From a virus: a DNA stretch of 64,000 nucleotides. This document shows, piece by piece, positions 59,978 to 64,000 of the stretch (the stretch's first letter is position 1; each line of letters starts with the position of its first letter). The notes beneath the pieces are model-generated. The model was not told the origin of the DNA. It saw only the letters and a program-made list of their open reading frames with translations, and did no database searches. Position numbers and translations under genes: made by a program. The DNA lies in the IMG/VR virus record IMGVR_UViG_3300025617_000006; one strand, 5' to 3'.

Positions 59978-60549
59978 GATTTAAAGTAATTTGTAATAGT
60001 ATTGATCCTAGCGAAATGGGTGATCAAAAAGTCTTCGGAACAGAAGAAACAAATTCTCATTTAATATTAAGATCATCTGCAAATGAGCAGTTGTTATATC
60101 TTGATGGTGCTACAGGAGGTAATGAGCCTATCTTCATCGGACTTTCTAAATCACGTGGAGATCAAACTAATAAGTTACCAGTAGAGCCAGGCGATACACT
60201 AGGAGGTCTACAGGTATACGGTAGAACAAAATCAGGAAACAGTTTAGGTTATTGTCACGATGAATCCCCACTAACAGGAGCAATACAGTTTTTTGTTAGC
60301 GATGATTATGATAAAAGCGGAGCAGTATCATCAGAACTAATTATTGCACTCTCAGACAATCAAGATATGAGTGTTAAATTAAAAGTTGACAGCAAAGGAA
60401 ATTTAATTACACAAGGTAGTATAACAAGCGGCCAATTAACTATAACAGACAACACAATTGAAAATGTCGGTGCTGTAGAAAAATATGTTGAAGTATATCA
60501 TAATGGTAAAAGATATGCTATGCCCTTATATCGGATAGACAATGAGTAA
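59968..60549 (+). CDS. hypothetical protein resembling a tail-fibre repeat module
   Basis: KSRG.....PVEPGDTLGGLQVYG...KLKVDSKGNL. Confidence 0.55.
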   Translation: MEVGFKVICNSIDPSEMGDQKVFGTEETNSHLILRSSANEQLLYLDGATGGNEPIFIGLSKSRGDQTNKLPVEPGDTLGGLQVYGRTKSGNSLGYCHDESPLTGAIQFFVSDDYDKSGAVSSELIIALSDNQDMSVKLKVDSKGNLITQGSITSGQLTITDNTIENVGAVEKYVEVYHNGKRYAMPLYRIDNE

Positions 60550-61222
60550 GTTTACCTGGAAATACAAAGACTATAAAAATGATAGTCTTAATAGCATTGC
60601 AAGGAATATAACAGAATTCCATACTGCTATCTTGTCTGATGTTGACTACTCTACAACAAAAGGAACACCAATAGGTACTATTTTTTTAGATGACGAATAT
60701 ACTGTTGAAGATACGAGTGTACTAAACAGCCTACTAAACTACAATATATATTTTAAAAAGAATACAGAAGATAGAATAGTAACAGATATCAAACCTGATT
60801 GTGCGGTTGTATTAGCAAGTGGAGAAAAAGCCAATCAAATAGATGCTGAACACAAATACATTATAGATATAAGTCCTAGAGCATTAGAAAAAACCAAAGA
60901 CTTTTTAGATTTACCTACAAGTAATTATTACCAAGTTGACCTATTTGATACAGAACAAGTATCTAAATTTTTAAAGGGTTGCAAGGGCGAAACGGGTATA
61001 TTTTGTGTAAGCAATGTATTTTTATACCTACCTAATTGTATAATGTTTGATTCTAAAGCAAGATTAAAAAAACAGAACGAACTAATGAAACTGTTATCAC
61101 AAGATAAAATTAACTGGTATGTAGATATTGTAACTGTAAACGGAACGTATATACAAGCACCAGCAAAACAATTAGTAGATATTTCATTGGACGAAAAGTT
61201 TAAGGTGTTGCCGTGGATATAG
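60542..61222 (+). CDS. hypothetical protein (possible degenerate Rossmann/methyltransferase fold)
   Basis: VVLASG and IIDISPRAL; coupled to neighbouring genes. Confidence 0.55.
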   Translation: MSKFTWKYKDYKNDSLNSIARNITEFHTAILSDVDYSTTKGTPIGTIFLDDEYTVEDTSVLNSLLNYNIYFKKNTEDRIVTDIKPDCAVVLASGEKANQIDAEHKYIIDISPRALEKTKDFLDLPTSNYYQVDLFDTEQVSKFLKGCKGETGIFCVSNVFLYLPNCIMFDSKARLKKQNELMKLLSQDKINWYVDIVTVNGTYIQAPAKQLVDISLDEKFKVLPWI

Positions 61223-61857
61223 TAGAACAATTTAACTGGATAAGACATAACAGCGGACTTGCTACACTTCGACTGGACATTTCGAAACCAAGTAGTGCTA
61301 TGCGAGAAGAACTACTACAAAGTCTACACCTTGCAGTTCCTCATAGAGAGGACGAAGGCAACGGTTGGCGTAGTTTAACACTACACGGACACAGTTCTAC
61401 AATGACTGACAGTGACGAAGCATATTCAGAACAAGGATTTGTACTCGGAGAAAAGTCGTGGACTGATGTGGCAAAGTTTTTTCCATTAACGAAAAAATGG
61501 ATTACGGAAAATGTGCCATTCGAAAAGTATGGTAGAATTAGAGTTATGATAGTTGATCCGGGTGGGTATGTCAGCCAACATAAAGACTACCCAAACGGAC
61601 AATTACTAGCAGGTATTAATGTTGCTATAACACATCCACAAGGTGTTATTTTTGATATTGAAAATTATGGCAATGTAGAATGGCAAGAAGGCGAATCAAG
61701 ATTAATTGATCTTGGAAGTCTTCATCAAGTTACAAACAATAGCAATGAGCCAAGGATACATATAATTATACACAGCGAACCAATCGATGACTGGGGTAAC
61801 GAAGTTATGCAATTAGTTTGCGATAGTTACAAGAAGGAATACAATGAATCAAAATGA
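61213..61857 (+). CDS. aspartyl/asparaginyl beta-hydroxylase-like 2OG-Fe(II) oxygenase
   Basis: WRSLTLHG, RIRVMIVDPGGYVSQHKD and HQVTNNSNEPRIHIIIH. Confidence 0.8.
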   Translation: MDIVEQFNWIRHNSGLATLRLDISKPSSAMREELLQSLHLAVPHREDEGNGWRSLTLHGHSSTMTDSDEAYSEQGFVLGEKSWTDVAKFFPLTKKWITENVPFEKYGRIRVMIVDPGGYVSQHKDYPNGQLLAGINVAITHPQGVIFDIENYGNVEWQEGESRLIDLGSLHQVTNNSNEPRIHIIIHSEPIDDWGNEVMQLVCDSYKKEYNESK

Positions 61858-62500
61858 AATTGAACGAGCATTGCGCTGGCAGAGTTTAGTTAATCTCGGC
61901 AATCAAGTAAAACTAAAATGGAAGATTGATCATTATGCTGTTGAGCAACAGTTAGAACAGTTTAACGATAACTGGTGCCCGTATAATGCTAAAAAGGATA
62001 CACACAATAATCGATGGGGTCTTCCGGTAACTAGCCACACAGGCGATGTTATGGACAACTATCATTTGAATAGTTTTGGCCATATGCAAAAGTATCATGA
62101 TGTTGAAATGAAAGAAGAAAATTTTAACACTCCGACAGATGTATATCATAAGATTCCTGAACTTAAAAAAATAGTCGATGTGTTTGCACCAGACATTGGT
62201 AGGGTGCATTTACTACGAGTAGACCAAGGCGGATTCTTCCCTCCACACAGAGACTTTCACGGAACTAGTCCAGAGTACTTTAGATTGTTAACTGTATTTG
62301 GACGCTGTAGCCCTGAAAATTATGTACAACTTATTGACGGCAAGCCATTATACCCTGAAGCAGGATATGTATATTTTACTAACTTTCAATTAGATCATAG
62401 TGTGTTTAGTTTTAGTGATAACTTGTATAGTTTAGTAATAACTGTAAAACTTAATGAGCGTACACAGAATCTTATTTTGCAAAACACGATGGCAGAATGA
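61844..62500 (+). CDS. 2OG-Fe(II)/cupin oxygenase (Asp-beta-hydroxylase-like)
   Basis: GRVHLLRVDQGGFFPPHRD and distal His in DHSVFSF. Confidence 0.7.
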   Translation: MNQNEIERALRWQSLVNLGNQVKLKWKIDHYAVEQQLEQFNDNWCPYNAKKDTHNNRWGLPVTSHTGDVMDNYHLNSFGHMQKYHDVEMKEENFNTPTDVYHKIPELKKIVDVFAPDIGRVHLLRVDQGGFFPPHRDFHGTSPEYFRLLTVFGRCSPENYVQLIDGKPLYPEAGYVYFTNFQLDHSVFSFSDNLYSLVITVKLNERTQNLILQNTMAE

Positions 62501-63402
62501 ACCTAACGTATCAAGATAATACAAAAGAAAATTGGTTCCTTGTTAGTTGGACATTGTCTAACAAGTGTAACTATCGCTGTTCTTATTGCCCGGACCATTT
62601 ACATAATGGTTCGACAGGTCAGCCTAGATGGGAAACAGTAAAAAGATTTGTTGAGAACTTTAAACAGCCTAACAAAGACATCTGCTATAGACTTAGTGGC
62701 GGCGAGCCTACACACTGGAAACACTTTTTAGATCTTGCTAAACTAGTAAAAGAAAAAGGACATACGTTTACATTTTTAACTAATGGTAGTAAAAGTGTAG
62801 ACTACTATAAAACTATATCGCAATACACTGACGGCTATATTATTTCATATCATCCTGAATACGCAAATATTAATCACATCAAGGAAGTTATACAAGCAAG
62901 TAATTGTCCTGTATTCATTAACCTAATGTTAACTCCGGATAACTTTAATGAAATGTATGATGTTGCAAAACAAATATACAACAGTGCAGATAATGTTAGT
63001 GTATGGCCTAAGATTATTTTAGATAAATCAAATATTGATGCTATAACAAATACACCTGCAAGTTACACACAAGAGCAATTAGACACAATAACAAATTGGA
63101 AATTTTTTAGAAAACTACCCGATGTAAATTTACACAGGGGTGAATTAATGTTAGATAACACTCCAGTAACTGCAAATGATTTAATTGCAACAAACCGAAA
63201 CATGTTTTATGGTTGGAAATGTTGGGCAGGATTGCATATGATTAATATTGACATGTGGGGCAATATATACAGAGCCGATTGTAAAGAAGGCGGAGCATTA
63301 GGCAATATTGAACGTTATAAGTTACCTACAGAAACAATCCAATGTGGCAAAAAGGTGTGTGCTTGTCTAAGCGATATCTATTTAAGAAAAGAGACTACGT
63401 AA
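62497..63402 (+). CDS. radical SAM protein (paralog of 56104-57081)
   Basis: CNYRCSYC, SGGEP and TNGS; C-terminal CWAG..ADC..CGKKVCAC. Confidence 0.9.
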   Translation: MNLTYQDNTKENWFLVSWTLSNKCNYRCSYCPDHLHNGSTGQPRWETVKRFVENFKQPNKDICYRLSGGEPTHWKHFLDLAKLVKEKGHTFTFLTNGSKSVDYYKTISQYTDGYIISYHPEYANINHIKEVIQASNCPVFINLMLTPDNFNEMYDVAKQIYNSADNVSVWPKIILDKSNIDAITNTPASYTQEQLDTITNWKFFRKLPDVNLHRGELMLDNTPVTANDLIATNRNMFYGWKCWAGLHMINIDMWGNIYRADCKEGGALGNIERYKLPTETIQCGKKVCACLSDIYLRKETT

Positions 63403-64000
63403 TTCAGGACAAACACTTAGTACATCTGTTCCACGTAGTTGATCAACTTTCTTTGTAAAATCTATAAAATTTTCTAAATCAGTTGGACTATCGACAGAGT
63501 TGTAACCAGTCTCGGTTAATATATCATGCGGCAATATACTTGGATTTAAGTATGCCGGAGTAGTTACTACATTATTAAGATATAATTCATAATTAGGTTT
63601 CTTAACACTGTCGTACCATTGTTTAATTTCTTTTAGATGGCACACATTGTATGTCATTACAGTTCCAGCAAATATAACCCGGTCCATTTTATTAAAGTGT
63701 TCAAGATTTTCAACTAGTTGTTCAAATGGAAAGTTATTCCCGCCTCTAATATATTCGTATAGTTTACCAGTGCCCTCAATACTAATATGCCATTTGGTTT
63801 CTTTGAACTGATGTGCTAGACTATCAAACTCTAAATCGACAACAGTACCGTTAGTACTAATATCTAATGTAATGTTTTTTGCAAGATCTAAATCAATTAG
63901 TTTTTGCATAATTTGTTTATTAGCAGGCTCCATATAAGGCTCGCCGCCTTTGATGTTAACATACTGTAAATTTTTAAAGTATTCAGGATATTCAAAAAGT
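63382..64000 (-). CDS. radical SAM protein, 5' end outside the window
   Basis: Frame is open to the window edge (..YVNIKGGEPYM..); ISTNGT and SIEG....YEYIR motifs. Confidence 0.75.
   Translation of the reverse strand, partial: LFEYPEYFKNLQYVNIKGGEPYMEPANKQIMQKLIDLDLAKNITLDISTNGTVVDLEFDSLAHQFKETKWHISIEGTGKLYEYIRGGNNFPFEQLVENLEHFNKMDRVIFAGTVMTYNVCHLKEIKQWYDSVKKPNYELYLNNVVTTPAYLNPSILPHDILTETGYNSVDSPTDLENFIDFTKKVDQLRGTDVLSVCPELRSLFS

Noticed and set aside
56104-63402. Viperin-like antiviral call for radical SAM genes 56104 and 62497
   Set aside because: CNYxCxxC and SGGEP are generic radical SAM motifs, and both proteins carry C-terminal auxiliary Cys clusters that viperins lack.
1-64000. Stop-codon reassignment, tRNAs, inteins or introns in portal, gp46 or gp47
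   Set aside because: Genes are full length under the standard code, all three stop codons are used, and no cloverleaf or intein motifs were seen by eye.
45522-64000. 7-deazaguanine or hydroxymethyl-pyrimidine DNA modification pathway
   Set aside because: No FolE, QueD, QueC, DpdA, thymidylate synthase-like or nucleotide kinase motifs were recognised here, and the promoters are late type. Such genes could lie outside the window.

Overview
This window is a dense, AT-rich stretch of a large T4-superfamily-like myovirus genome (probably a jumbo phage), read in the standard genetic code. 1-9 kb holds the portal, tape measure, a tail-assembly chaperone pair and probable internal head proteins. 9-14 kb holds a ~420-nt structured non-coding element attached to a minimal GIY-YIG nuclease gene, then gp46/gp47 recombination genes and a gp55-type late sigma factor. 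14-45.5 kb is a baseplate/tail operon (gp48/54-, gp53-, hub-, gp5-, gp25- and gp6-like genes, a 4965-aa virion protein and three paralogous fibres). 45.5-64 kb is an ~18-kb modification cluster with glycosyltransferases, six radical SAM genes, three 2OG-Fe(II)-type oxygenases, a methyltransferase, a nucleotide-sugar dehydrogenase and an aminotransferase/amidinotransferase pair. The strongest candidates for new biology are (1) the GIY-YIG nuclease with a pseudoknotted ncRNA followed by GNA-triloop DNA hairpins, (2) a lambda G/GT-style -1 frameshift in the gp26/gp51-like chaperone, (3) the guanidino-sugar/radical SAM cluster and (4) recurrent leaderless late transcripts. All product names come from recognising motifs by eye; no database search was run.
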